Notes: a model not told the origin generated them from the letters alone. 64,000 nucleotides of DNA from an uncultured Clostridium sp. (GCA_947427095.1 CANEGO010000001.1:131428-195427), one strand, 5' to 3'; shown: positions 39,918 to 52,385, numbered from the stretch's first letter. Made by a program: numbers and translations.

Positions 39918-41103
39918 AACATTAATCCTATTAATTACTTTATTTTCTCTTTCTGGTTGTTTTAATTATAAGGAAATTAATGAATACGCAATCGTATCAG
40001 GAATCTCAATTGATAAAAAAGAAGACAATCCTTCAAAGTACGAAGTCGGAATACAAATAATGAATGCTAAAAAAGATGAGGAATCAGATAACAGTTTAAT
40101 TACCATTTATAAATCAGATGGTGATACAATCTACGAAGCCTTTGAAAAGATAATGCTTGATTCTCCTAAAGAACTATACTTAGGCCATAACGAGGTTGTG
40201 GTTATTGGAGAAGATTTATTAAAGGAGAAGAATCCGCTTAATTATTTAGATTATTTTTTAAGGGACTCACAGGTTGAAAAAGACTCCCTTGTCATGGTCG
40301 CTAAAGATGATAAAGCATATGACGTATTAAAAATAATTACTCCACTTGAAACTATTCCGTCTAGGAACTTAAAATCCACCCTTTCCATTGCAGATAACTT
40401 TAGTGGCTCTTTAACACTTGTTACAATTGATGAGTTTATCTCGGATTTATCACTCGAAGGAGAAGAAGCAATCATTCCTTCCATCATGATCAAAGGAGAT
40501 GTTAAAGATGGAGAAAAAATGGAAAACATCGCGGAAAGTGATCCTAAAGCAAAACTAAAATTTGGAACCCTTGGATATTTCAAGGATAGCAAGTTTAAAG
40601 GATACTTAACTAGTGATGAATCAACTGGCTATAACTTTTTAGCAGGAGAACCTAACCAAACTTACGTAAACGTTAAATGCAGCAATAAAAACTACGCTAG
40701 CATAAGGGTTACTGATTCAAAAATAAAAGAAGACTTATCCTTTAAAGATAAAAAACCGCTTGTTAGTATAAACGTAAAAGTTAACGCGGACTTACTTGAG
40801 TATAATTGTGATGCGGACTTTATCAAAAGTGAAAAATACATAAAAGAATTAGAAAAAAAAGCTGCTTCTAAAATAAAAAGTCTAATGAATAAAGCAACCA
40901 ATAAACTTTACAAAGAGGAAAAATCGGACGTTTTAAAGTATGGTTCTAAGTTCTATGGTAAAAAGTATAAAGAAATGAAAGAATTAGGATATAAAAAATC
41001 CGAAATAGTAAATGATGTTTCATTTAACCTTAAAACCGAAGTTAACATTAACTCTACTAACCTATCAATTAAATCCGTAAGGGAGGGCATTAATCATGAA
41101 TGA
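39901..41103 (+). CDS. Spore germination lipoprotein, Ger(x)C family
   Basis: 400 aa. Lipobox LSGC at the N-terminus. Overlaps gerAA by 17 nt. Confidence 0.8.
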   Translation: MKNVFKTLILLITLFSLSGCFNYKEINEYAIVSGISIDKKEDNPSKYEVGIQIMNAKKDEESDNSLITIYKSDGDTIYEAFEKIMLDSPKELYLGHNEVVVIGEDLLKEKNPLNYLDYFLRDSQVEKDSLVMVAKDDKAYDVLKIITPLETIPSRNLKSTLSIADNFSGSLTLVTIDEFISDLSLEGEEAIIPSIMIKGDVKDGEKMENIAESDPKAKLKFGTLGYFKDSKFKGYLTSDESTGYNFLAGEPNQTYVNVKCSNKNYASIRVTDSKIKEDLSFKDKKPLVSINVKVNADLLEYNCDADFIKSEKYIKELEKKAASKIKSLMNKATNKLYKEEKSDVLKYGSKFYGKKYKEMKELGYKKSEIVNDVSFNLKTEVNINSTNLSIKSVREGINHE

Positions 41104-42196
41104 TAAAGTATCAAGAATTCAAATAGGAATGTTTTTATCTCTTATATGTTGTAGCTTGTTTTTAGGAATTAGCGATATTATTATTCTTAGAAAATCAGGA
41201 AACGAAGTTTTAATATCAATGCTACTTGGGGTGGTTTTGGGGTTGATACCAGTTTTAATGTATTTAAAAATTAATTCAAGTATGCCTCGTCTTAACATAT
41301 ATGAAAAAAACGTTAAGTTATTTGGTAAGGTTTTAGGAAATATTTTAAACGTGCTAATAATTTTAATATACATGATTATGCTAACCATGGCGATAAGGGC
41401 AATCGTAATATTCGTAACAAGTAAATATCTTAGGGATACACCGTTTAGTTTGGTTGGATTGCTTGTTATAACAACATGTTTAATACTTTGTTTCAAAGGG
41501 CTTGAAACACTTGCTAGAACGGCTCAAATCGCCTTTTTCTCAAGCATTATATTCATGATTGTAATAGAAGTTTTTCTAGCTAAATATATTGAAATTGGAA
41601 ACATATTACCGATTATTAATAACGCTAACTTCTTTAGCATTTTAGATGGAGCACTTTACTTTGCGGCATCATGCGCACTTCTTACCATGTTACTACTTAC
41701 AATTAGTAAATCAAAGGTTAAAAAACCAGAGAAGTATAATAGAACCGTAATTATATTTTATTTATACACCGCTTTATCACTTACCTTCGTAATGTTTTTT
41801 ATCGTATCTTGTTTTGGGTATGAAATGGCGGCATTATTTAGGTATCCAGAGTACATCTTACTTAAGAAAATAGGAATATCATCTTCTGAGCTTCACTTAG
41901 AAAACTTACTTGCTTTTAGATGGGTATTTTACATGATAGCACTTGCTAACGTATCTACGTTTGGTATTATAAACGGTGTTAAGAACTTTAGTCAAAACGT
42001 AAAATTAAATAAAGTAATAGTTATTATAATATCAATAATTTGTATATTTGCGGGTAAATTCTTATTCGGAAATATTCCGCATTCAATAATAACGGTTAAG
42101 AATCTTTACATGCCACTTATTGCTCTTCCTATGTTTATTATATTATTAATTTTATTTATAAGATGTTTATTCATACCAAAAGAAAAGGACCTATGA
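41096..42196 (+). CDS. Spore germination protein, GerAB family permease
   Basis: 366 aa, about 10 TM helices. N-terminus MNDKVSRIQIGMFLS is typical of GerB. Overlaps the upstream gene by 8 nt. Confidence 0.75.
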   Translation: MNDKVSRIQIGMFLSLICCSLFLGISDIIILRKSGNEVLISMLLGVVLGLIPVLMYLKINSSMPRLNIYEKNVKLFGKVLGNILNVLIILIYMIMLTMAIRAIVIFVTSKYLRDTPFSLVGLLVITTCLILCFKGLETLARTAQIAFFSSIIFMIVIEVFLAKYIEIGNILPIINNANFFSILDGALYFAASCALLTMLLLTISKSKVKKPEKYNRTVIIFYLYTALSLTFVMFFIVSCFGYEMAALFRYPEYILLKKIGISSSELHLENLLAFRWVFYMIALANVSTFGIINGVKNFSQNVKLNKVIVIIISIICIFAGKFLFGNIPHSIITVKNLYMPLIALPMFIILLILFIRCLFIPKEKDL

Positions 42197-42205
42197 AGGT
42201 TCTTT

Positions 42206-42655
42206 TTAAATCGTTATGTATTTTTCTATTAATCCACACCCTATTTTTCTACCAAAATTGGCCTGATTTTCAGCATTATCGGTTGCCTCGTGAATTATAA
42301 CTAATTTATTTTCAATATCATATACTTTAAATCGTGTGGTATAAAATTTTAAATATGCATATCCATTATTAGAAAAAAGTGGTGGCATATCTCCCGCATG
42401 ATAAGGATGTTTCTCTAAGGTCGGATTATAATGTCCTCCTACGTTTGCAAAAACTCCATTTACCGTATTACAATTCTGCCCATCATGAACATGAATTGGA
42501 AATATTTGATAGTTTCTCCCAACAGGAAGTCCATTTACTTCTATTTCAACCATTGTTCCATCTTTATATGGATAAAAATATGCTATTCCTTTTAAATTAG
42601 GACTACTTATATCTCCTTTTATGTTAGCAACTGCATACATGTTAGACCCATTCAA
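42206..42655 (-). CDS. sodC: Cu/Zn superoxide dismutase family protein
   Basis: 149 aa. Metal ligand pattern HVHD...GGHYNP...HPYHAGDMP...IHE and a C-terminal GRKIGCGLI. Confidence 0.6.
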   Translation of the reverse strand: MNGSNMYAVANIKGDISSPNLKGIAYFYPYKDGTMVEIEVNGLPVGRNYQIFPIHVHDGQNCNTVNGVFANVGGHYNPTLEKHPYHAGDMPPLFSNNGYAYLKFYTTRFKVYDIENKLVIIHEATDNAENQANFGRKIGCGLIEKYITI

Positions 42656-42709
42656 TTCAAATCACCTAATTAAGTATATTCAAAAATATAATCAATATAA
42701 GTTTTTTTA

Positions 42710-43675
42710 TTATTTTTTTAATGTTAAACATGGATTTTTTAATGGTTTTTTTTGAAAATCCAAAACAAATTCTGACTCGTAATTTAACTGATTATCTTCA
42801 CCATCTAAAAAGTTTTTATAATCTTTACTAGAATACTTTGTTTCAAAAGAAAAATCATTAGTTTGTTCATAATACAGTCCGTTTCTATATGATAATGCAA
42901 AACCATCCATATAATCTTTTAACGTGACATCATCTAATTTTATCCATCCGTCTTTTAAAAGCTTTTGTGCAACTTTTATTCGTGAATCATTCATTATCAT
43001 AAATGCGCCGGATAAACACCCACTTAATTTTGGGATACCTATTCTTTGTAAAATACATCTATTTAACTGAAAAAACTGCGCATAAGTACAATCTATTAAA
43101 TACTCTTTCCCGTCTATTTGGACAATAACAGCATAATGTTGCTTAATACCATTGCACAAAATGGGCTTTGTTGTAAAACCTGGAAACAAAGCTATTTTTT
43201 TACAATTTATCCCTATTTCCCTACACAGACTTTCTATATAATTGCTAACTGGCAAACATTGCCCTACCATGTTAAATTTATCTAAAGATAAATTTAATTG
43301 ATGATTAGCTTTAGAGCATATAAAATTCCTTGCATTATTAGTAATATAGCTTAAAATATCTTCAGGATTTTTTCCACAAACAAATAAATTATCATCTGGA
43401 TTATAATTTGCTTTAATATCTATAACATATTCATTTGATAATAATCTTTCACACTTAAGAACTAAGCTTGTTATGGCAAAATAATTTTTCCCAAAGTTTT
43501 CATCTTTACTATATAACTCAAACGATATATCTTTTACATATTGATATAATTGTTCAATGCTCTTTATCTTAGAATCAGTATTGCTAAGGTTTAACATATA
43601 AGTATAATATTTTTTTATTTCTTGACAATATTCACCATAATAATCATTTGCTTTTTTTGCTTGTTCTAACGTCAT
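42710..43675 (-). CDS. Hypothetical protein (possible Cys-His-Asp papain/transglutaminase-like fold)
   Basis: 321 aa. Candidate catalytic triad in GQCLPVSNY ... HYAVIVQIDGKEYLIDCT. Confidence 0.3.
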   Translation of the reverse strand: MTLEQAKKANDYYGEYCQEIKKYYTYMLNLSNTDSKIKSIEQLYQYVKDISFELYSKDENFGKNYFAITSLVLKCERLLSNEYVIDIKANYNPDDNLFVCGKNPEDILSYITNNARNFICSKANHQLNLSLDKFNMVGQCLPVSNYIESLCREIGINCKKIALFPGFTTKPILCNGIKQHYAVIVQIDGKEYLIDCTYAQFFQLNRCILQRIGIPKLSGCLSGAFMIMNDSRIKVAQKLLKDGWIKLDDVTLKDYMDGFALSYRNGLYYEQTNDFSFETKYSSKDYKNFLDGEDNQLNYESEFVLDFQKKPLKNPCLTLKK

Positions 43676-43947
43676 AAAACCCCTCTTTTAATGACAAATA
43701 CTATATATTATTAAGATAAAAAAGTCAATATTTGAAGAATTTTCTTAAATATGTTTTAGTCTCAAAGTAATTATCATCACCAGATAAAGAAAAATTCATA
43801 TTATTTATTTCTAAATATGTTTAAAACTCTTTATAAGAAAATTTAATTGTAATCCTTTTATTATTTTAAAACAATAAAGAACTTGTCGTACTGCTGCTTC
43901 TTTAAATTAGTTAATAATTTTATCTTCTTTCTAAATTTAAATAACAA

Positions 43948-43980
43948 AAACACTAATCCAAATTTGGATTAGTGTTTTAT
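43948..43980. terminator. Orphan hairpin terminator in a divergent intergenic region
   Basis: aacactaatcca-aat-ttggattagtgtt hairpin (12-bp stem) with a T run. Confidence 0.4.
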
Positions 43981-44212
43981 TCTTAACTCGAAGAGTTCGA
44001 GCAAATTTCACTATGGAGCCTTAACGATACACGTATGCGAAAAATTATACTCCCAAGATTGATTAAATCAACTGATAATTAAATTATAGCAGATATTCCA
44101 ATTATTTCAAGTGGGAGTATGGAAAAAAATGCCTAAATATGTTATTATTATAGTAGATTTGTATCATTAAAATTATGATACTTTTTATTTTAGAAAAATT
44201 AAGGAGGATGTT

Positions 44213-45025
44213 ATGGAAACAGTAAATGGATATTTAACTTCAATACAATCAGATTTATATGTAAATGGTACAGAAAAAGATAGTATTAAGACATCTATAG
44301 ATGCAATATGTACTAGACTAGGTTATTACTTTGGAAATTCAGAACATAATATTCATAAAATTATTAAGAAAGATATCTTTGGTTCTTATAGTAGAGACAC
44401 TATGCTTTCAAGAAAGTACGATGAAGATTCGGATATTGACTTAATGATTATTTTTGAAGATGCTAATGAATATACACCGCAAACTTGCTTAAATTGGCTA
44501 AAAGAATTTGCTGATTATTGGTATCCAAATTCATTAGTAAAACAATCTTTACCAACAATAGTTATTGAATTACAAAATATAAAATTTGAATTAGTACCAG
44601 CATATAAAAATGATTATAACAATTTATATATAGCAAAAGACAGTTCAAATTGGCAATATACTAATCCTAAAGATTTAAACGATAGGATGGTTAAATTAAA
44701 TTCAAATACTAATTTTGAATTTAAAAGAATGATAAGAACAATCAAATATTGGAATGTTAAAAAGAATTATAGAAGATATAAATCATATTTTTTAGAAAAA
44801 TATTTAACAGAAAAGTTTGAAACTTCTTATATACATTGTAAAAATCAATTTGATTATTTAGATTGGGCTTTCTATCATTTAGGACATTATGATGCCAATG
44901 ATGACTATATAAGTAGTAGAATAAAATCTGCTCAGTCAAATATTACGGATGCTCAAAATTATGAAAAAAATTGCGACTATGATTCTGCAGTGAAATGTAT
45001 AAAAAAAATAATTCCAGAGACATAA
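44213..45025 (+). CDS. Pol-beta-superfamily nucleotidyltransferase, SMODS-like (candidate second-messenger synthase)
   Basis: 270 aa. Strong AAGGAGG RBS. Active-site pattern GSYSRDT...DEDSDIDL (GS-x10-DxD) plus a downstream acidic residue. Confidence 0.45.
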   Translation: METVNGYLTSIQSDLYVNGTEKDSIKTSIDAICTRLGYYFGNSEHNIHKIIKKDIFGSYSRDTMLSRKYDEDSDIDLMIIFEDANEYTPQTCLNWLKEFADYWYPNSLVKQSLPTIVIELQNIKFELVPAYKNDYNNLYIAKDSSNWQYTNPKDLNDRMVKLNSNTNFEFKRMIRTIKYWNVKKNYRRYKSYFLEKYLTEKFETSYIHCKNQFDYLDWAFYHLGHYDANDDYISSRIKSAQSNITDAQNYEKNCDYDSAVKCIKKIIPET

Positions 45026-45035
45026 GAGGTATTGT

Positions 45036-45812
45036 ATGGAAAATGAAAGAAAAGATGAAGTTCAAGAACTTTACGATAGATGCAATAGAATTTCAAAGTA
45101 TGCAGATTGGTTGTTTTTAATTAATATAGTGATTTCATTTATATTAATATTTGATTTTAAATATAGAGATATACTTATTATTATAAGTTTAATATTAACT
45201 ATTATATATGTTGTATTAGTAAATATAAATGAAATCTATTTTAATAATCTAGCAGAAAATGAAAGAAGGAAATCCCTTTTAAAAGAGTCTTTTGATGTTA
45301 ATACTACTTTAAGAGAAACAAATAAGTATTACAATAATGAAGCTGAACCATCTATTAAAAAACTTGGTCTAAATTGTTATGAAAGTGCTTTTTTTACAAA
45401 AAGAGTAGTAGATAAAATGCTTCCCAGAAATATTATTAAAATTGTTATATTTACTATAATATATATTGTTTTAATGATGAAATTAGAAAATATGGATTTA
45501 TTATTAGTAATTACACAAACATTATTTTCGGCTGAAATTATATTTTCATTTATAAAATTATGTTATTATAAATTCCAATTAGATAAAGTTTGTAACGAAT
45601 TTCAAAATATATTTCTTATAATAGGCTTAAAAAATAAGGATGTGAATGTTTTAATTTTAGATGCTACTATGGATTATGAATGCTTAAAAAACTACTGCAA
45701 GATTTCAACGTCAAGTAAAATATTTTTTGACAATAACAAGAAATGGTCAAAAGATTGGCAAAAATTGTTAAGTAAAATTAGGAAAAAATCGGAGAGGGAT
45801 AATAATGAATAA
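45036..45812 (+). CDS. Four-TM membrane protein (S-4TM-like candidate effector)
   Basis: 258 aa. Four predicted TM helices (WLFLINIVISFILIF, ILIIISLILTIIYVVLV, IIKIVIFTIIYIVLMM, LLLVITQTLFSAEIIFSFI). It lies 10 nt downstream of the NTase. Confidence 0.45.
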   Translation: MENERKDEVQELYDRCNRISKYADWLFLINIVISFILIFDFKYRDILIIISLILTIIYVVLVNINEIYFNNLAENERRKSLLKESFDVNTTLRETNKYYNNEAEPSIKKLGLNCYESAFFTKRVVDKMLPRNIIKIVIFTIIYIVLMMKLENMDLLLVITQTLFSAEIIFSFIKLCYYKFQLDKVCNEFQNIFLIIGLKNKDVNVLILDATMDYECLKNYCKISTSSKIFFDNNKKWSKDWQKLLSKIRKKSERDNNE

Positions 45813-46434
45813 AAAAATTGAAAATGCTATAAAATACTATAAGTTATGTACTAAACTAAAAGATACAATTAGGACAGGTCCTATTGTTTGGAATGCCAAA
45901 AGAGAAAGAATCGAAAGTGTTGCAGAACACATATATGGAGTTCAAATGTTAGCATTAGCTATTTATTATCAATTTGGATACAAATTAGATATTATGAAAG
46001 TTATTTATATGTTAGCAATCCATGAACTAGAAGAAATAGAAATTGGTGATTTAGCATTTTTTGAAACTACAAGAGAAGAAAAACTCGTTAAAGGCAAGGA
46101 AGCAACAGATTATATACTAAAAGATTTTCTTGGAAAAGATGAAATATCGGCATTATTAGATGAGTATAATGAAAGAACTACAGAAGAATCTAAATTTGCT
46201 TATAATTGTGATAAATTAGAATGTGATATTCAAATGAAACTGTATGATCAAGAAGGATGTTTTGATTTAAATAATCAGCCTAATAACCCAATCCTCAATA
46301 ATCCTAGTGTTAAAAAAGTATTGGATAGTGAAAAAAGCATATCTAATGCCTGGATTGAATTTGATAGAAGCAAGTATGAAGATGATAAAAACTTTATTGA
46401 AATTGTTGACTATTTAAAAGAAAAAGAAATATAA
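45805..46434 (+). CDS. HD-domain phosphohydrolase (YfbR-like 5'-deoxynucleotidase family)
   Basis: 209 aa. HD motif ESVAEHIYGVQMLALAI...AIHELEEIEIGD. Overlaps the upstream gene by 8 nt. Confidence 0.55.
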   Translation: MNKKIENAIKYYKLCTKLKDTIRTGPIVWNAKRERIESVAEHIYGVQMLALAIYYQFGYKLDIMKVIYMLAIHELEEIEIGDLAFFETTREEKLVKGKEATDYILKDFLGKDEISALLDEYNERTTEESKFAYNCDKLECDIQMKLYDQEGCFDLNNQPNNPILNNPSVKKVLDSEKSISNAWIEFDRSKYEDDKNFIEIVDYLKEKEI

Positions 46435-46451
46435 ATTAGGAGGCTAAAATT

Positions 46452-47258
46452 ATGCAAAAATTAATTATGTTAGGAACAGGACACGGCTTTGTCTATAATT
46501 GTTATAATACCTGCTTTCTGTTGCAAAATGATAATGAATACTTTTTAGTTGATACTGGAGGCAGTGCTCATATAGTACAGAATCTTGAAAAATTAAATAT
46601 AAGTTTAAATAAAATACATAACATTTTTATTTCCCATAGCCATACAGATCATATTTTAGGATTATTTTGGCTATTAAAACGAATAACTGGAATGGTTCGT
46701 TCTAAGAAGTATGATGGAAATTTAAATGTTTATTGTAATGATGAAGTAGCAAATGCTATTAAAAATATTTATCCTTATTTATTTCCAGATGTTTATGGTG
46801 AAGTGATAGATAAATATTTAAATATAGTAGTTTTAAATAATAATGAAACAAGGAAAATTACTAATAGAGAATATACTTTTTTTGATGTAATGGCAAGTAA
46901 AAATAAATTATATGGATTTGAAACAATTCTTGATAATAATAAAAAATTAGTATTTCTTGGTGATGAAACTTGTAATCCGTTGTTGTATGATAGAATCAAA
47001 AATAGTGATTATGTAATGCATGAGGCGTTTTGCTTGGATAGTGAGCAAGATATATTTAAACCTTACGAAAAAAAGCATTCAACTGTGAAATCAGTATGTG
47101 AGAATTTTACAAACTTAAATATTAGAAATTTAATTTTATATCATACAGAAGATACACATTTAGAAAACAGAAAAGGATTATATATAAAAGAGGCTCAAGA
47201 ATATTTTAATGGTAATGTTATAGTACCAAATGATTTAGAAATAATCGACTTAGATTAA
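46452..47258 (+). CDS. MBL-fold metallo-hydrolase
   Basis: 268 aa. HSHTDH (HxHxDH) motif and an MLGTGHG N-terminus. Confidence 0.7.
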   Translation: MQKLIMLGTGHGFVYNCYNTCFLLQNDNEYFLVDTGGSAHIVQNLEKLNISLNKIHNIFISHSHTDHILGLFWLLKRITGMVRSKKYDGNLNVYCNDEVANAIKNIYPYLFPDVYGEVIDKYLNIVVLNNNETRKITNREYTFFDVMASKNKLYGFETILDNNKKLVFLGDETCNPLLYDRIKNSDYVMHEAFCLDSEQDIFKPYEKKHSTVKSVCENFTNLNIRNLILYHTEDTHLENRKGLYIKEAQEYFNGNVIVPNDLEIIDLD

Positions 47259-47273
47259 GGAGATGTTTAAAAT

Positions 47274-48035
47274 ATGGATTCAAACAATAAAGTTAATAAT
47301 TATGATAAGTTTGCTGAAAAAAGACATTATGAGGTTAAAAATGGAATGAAAAAGTCATTAAGATTTGTAGAAAAACCTATGATGACATCAATGCTACCAA
47401 ATTTAGAAGGCAAAAGAATTCTTATGTTAGGATGTGGCACTGCCGAAGAAAGTGAGTTATTAAGTAGATATAATCCTAAAAAGATAACTGGAATTGATAT
47501 ATCAGAAAAATCTATTCAAGTTGCTAAAGAAAGTTATCCAAATTGTGATTTTTATGTTGGTGATATGTTAAGCCTTCCATTTAAAGATAATGAATTTGAC
47601 TTTATTTTTAGTAGTTTAGCAATTAGTCATGTTGAAGATAAAAACAAAGTCTTTAAAGAATTATATAGAGTTTTGGATAATGAAGGACAATTATTATTTT
47701 CAGTTGGTCATCCAATGAGATTTGCTACTGAAAAAATTGATTATAATGATACTTCATATCATGTTATTGGATTTGAGGCTGGTAATGATGGTAATCATAT
47801 ATTAGGAAATTATATGTCTCATACAAAGCAGGTAAATTATTTTAAAGATAATGAAGTATTAGAAGAATTCATTGCTCCACCATCATATTTTTTTGAGGCA
47901 CTTATGAAAAATAATTTTGTAGTTGAGAACTTTAAAGAATCTAGATGTATTGATGAATGTAAAGAAGTAGATGAAGCCTATTACAATAGATTTCACGAAC
48001 TACCACAATTTATGGCATTTTTGGCAAAAAAATAA
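47274..48035 (+). CDS. Class I SAM-dependent methyltransferase (type 11)
   Basis: 253 aa. SAM-binding motif I ILMLGCGTAEES and motif post-I GIDISE. Confidence 0.7.
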   Translation: MDSNNKVNNYDKFAEKRHYEVKNGMKKSLRFVEKPMMTSMLPNLEGKRILMLGCGTAEESELLSRYNPKKITGIDISEKSIQVAKESYPNCDFYVGDMLSLPFKDNEFDFIFSSLAISHVEDKNKVFKELYRVLDNEGQLLFSVGHPMRFATEKIDYNDTSYHVIGFEAGNDGNHILGNYMSHTKQVNYFKDNEVLEEFIAPPSYFFEALMKNNFVVENFKESRCIDECKEVDEAYYNRFHELPQFMAFLAKK

Positions 48036-48050
48036 AAGACAATGGCTAGG

Positions 48051-49355
48051 TTACCAATTCCTAGAATTGTCTTTTTCTTTTTGCATATCCTTATCAAAAT
48101 TATTAAGATTATTTTGTATAGATTCAGATTGTTTTCTAATTTCTTTACAGTAATTATCTAATTTGCGAAGTTCTTTGATTTTGGGTTGAATAGAATTTAT
48201 TTCAGCAAGTATATCTGATTTTTTATCTTCAGTTTTTACTCTGTGATATCGTTTCCAAAGATTTTCTCTTTTACCCATAAGGTTTTGATATTCTTCATAA
48301 TTATTTTTAGCAAATGCCTCCAAATCCTCTTTAGTTTCAATTTTATTGGCTACCATAAATCTTGTTTGTTCTGAAAATGAATCTAACTTTTTTATTTCTT
48401 TTCTTATAGAATAGGATAGATATTGTTTTGGGTATTTTTTTGGAAAGACTCCTAGAAGATAGCAATAGTATAAATATAAGCCATAGATACCTTTGTAATG
48501 ATTATTAGTCTTTGATAAATATTCTTGAAAAATAGACTTTTGAGATATAGATTTAAAAATAATTTGTTTTGAATAATATAATCGTTCATTAATTCTATTT
48601 TTTGAATAATCACTACCAAATACTTTTTCAATTCTAACTTTATCATAACCATCTCTATAAATAGTTATTATGCCATTACGAGAATAACATTTATAACCTA
48701 TCTGTTTCATTCTATCCATAACTTGTGTTAGTGTAACAGAATAATTAATAATGCTATCTAAATCATCTTTTAGGACTTTGTAATAATCGTTATCAATCAC
48801 TTTATGATTATAAGTGTTTTTATAACCAACATCCTCATTTAAAACAGAGAGTCCATATTCAGCACATAGTGAATCAGAAATGTGTCTTAGCTTGGCTAAG
48901 TTAGTTCTATTGTTATTATACTTTTTGCCAGTCTTGAATGAAACAGAGTTGACTATGAAATGATTGTGAATATGATTTGTATTCTGATGAGTAGCAACAA
49001 CCACTTCATAATCTTTAAACATTTCTTCTACAAACTTAACTCCAATTTCGTGAGCAACATCAGCTGTAACTTCTCCTTCCTTAAAAGATTGGTATCCATG
49101 ATATGCTAGAACCCCATCATTCTTACGATAATAATCTTTTGTATCTTTCATATCATCATAGGGATTATCATCATTACAATTTAAACAACTTACGTAACAG
49201 ATTTTTTCTTTTTTAAAATCATAATCTTTTTTACCTTCTAAAAAATCGTAATCAACTTTACCATAATCTTTATTGGTAGTCTTTTCTGGATTGATGATAT
49301 AATTTATAGATTGTTTTAAATTATTTTTAATACTCCATATAGATGTTGTCGCCAT
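48051..49355 (-). CDS. Mobilization relaxase (MobA/VirD2-type relaxase domain)
   Basis: 434 aa. Histidine triad motif HQNTNHIHNHFIVN and a C-terminal coiled-coil-like region. Confidence 0.6.
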   Translation of the reverse strand: MATTSIWSIKNNLKQSINYIINPEKTTNKDYGKVDYDFLEGKKDYDFKKEKICYVSCLNCNDDNPYDDMKDTKDYYRKNDGVLAYHGYQSFKEGEVTADVAHEIGVKFVEEMFKDYEVVVATHQNTNHIHNHFIVNSVSFKTGKKYNNNRTNLAKLRHISDSLCAEYGLSVLNEDVGYKNTYNHKVIDNDYYKVLKDDLDSIINYSVTLTQVMDRMKQIGYKCYSRNGIITIYRDGYDKVRIEKVFGSDYSKNRINERLYYSKQIIFKSISQKSIFQEYLSKTNNHYKGIYGLYLYYCYLLGVFPKKYPKQYLSYSIRKEIKKLDSFSEQTRFMVANKIETKEDLEAFAKNNYEEYQNLMGKRENLWKRYHRVKTEDKKSDILAEINSIQPKIKELRKLDNYCKEIRKQSESIQNNLNNFDKDMQKEKDNSRNW

Positions 49356-49421
49356 AATTAAGGTTTAGCCTTTCTTTTTTAGTGGTGGGAGTACCAGCAC
49401 GTTGCTCGCTTATAGACAACA

Positions 49422-49775
49422 TCATACATATACCAACTCTTTTAAGATAATTTCTTCTGCACAGTCTTTATAATTATTCATCAATTCCACCCATTCAATT
49501 TGATTATTTGCTTTACTTTTTTCAGTTAGTTTTTCATCATTTTTAATATAATTATCCATTAAAATTTTAAGTCTATCTTCACATTCATTACTGACTGAAA
49601 CAAGATGATTTGTTAATTCATCTTGCATAAGAAGGGTCGTATATAGACCTTTATTATGCTCTTTTAGATAATTTAATCTCAAATATCCATACTTGTTAAT
49701 TCTTTCATAATTTTGATTTTTTATAGTTAGATTTGGTAATAAATAATCTCCAACTTTTGTATAATTTAATTTCAT
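49422..49775 (-). CDS. TnpV-like small protein
   Basis: 117 aa. Its size and its position next to the large serine recombinase match TnpV of Tn4451/Tn4453-type elements. This is recalled from family knowledge and has not been searched. Confidence 0.4.
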   Translation of the reverse strand: MKLNYTKVGDYLLPNLTIKNQNYERINKYGYLRLNYLKEHNKGLYTTLLMQDELTNHLVSVSNECEDRLKILMDNYIKNDEKLTEKSKANNQIEWVELMNNYKDCAEEIILKELVYV

Positions 49776-49778
49776 TTT

Positions 49779-51924
<2,146 letters not shown>

Positions 51925-52005
51925 TCACATAACAAGGACACCTAGAATATATTGATTTTTACACGACAAAATAAATCAATATAGTGGGAGTATGTAACTC
52001 ACCAA

Positions 52006-52278
52006 TTAATGCCTTGCTATGTACTCTGATAATTCAGACAATGGGATTTTCTTTTTTAGATTCCCTATGTAAAAATGTTTCTGCTCATTGAAGAATAAGT
52101 ATAACTTATTATCAATAATCACTTTGTGTGGTTCCACATATGCGATATTCGTGTGTTCCACAATTCGTAAATAACCCTCTATGATTTTATAGGAGAGGTT
52201 ATTAAATTTGCAAGACCAATTAATTTTGTCTTTGAGTTCATCGCTCATATTGATTTTCTTTTTTACAATTTTAATCAT
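52006..52278 (-). CDS. Hypothetical protein
   Basis: 90-aa ORF lying between the Tn-like element and the partial tRNA-Gly copy. Confidence 0.35.
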   Translation of the reverse strand: MIKIVKKKINMSDELKDKINWSCKFNNLSYKIIEGYLRIVEHTNIAYVEPHKVIIDNKLYLFFNEQKHFYIGNLKKKIPLSELSEYIARH

Positions 52279-52385
52279 ACCACATCACACCTTTCTTGAC
52301 TAGACCTTTTTAGTCGACAAAAAAATCAATCATATTTCAGATTGATTTAATCATTAACGTCACTTGGTGCGACGATTTTACCTTT

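Noticed and set aside
44213-45025. Calling the 270-aa nucleotidyltransferase a confirmed CD-NTase/CBASS synthase
   Set aside because: The GS...DxD pol-beta signature is shared with Lnu/ANT antibiotic nucleotidyltransferases of similar size, which are common transposon cargo. Without profile searches this stays a hypothesis, and it is reported as a candidate only.
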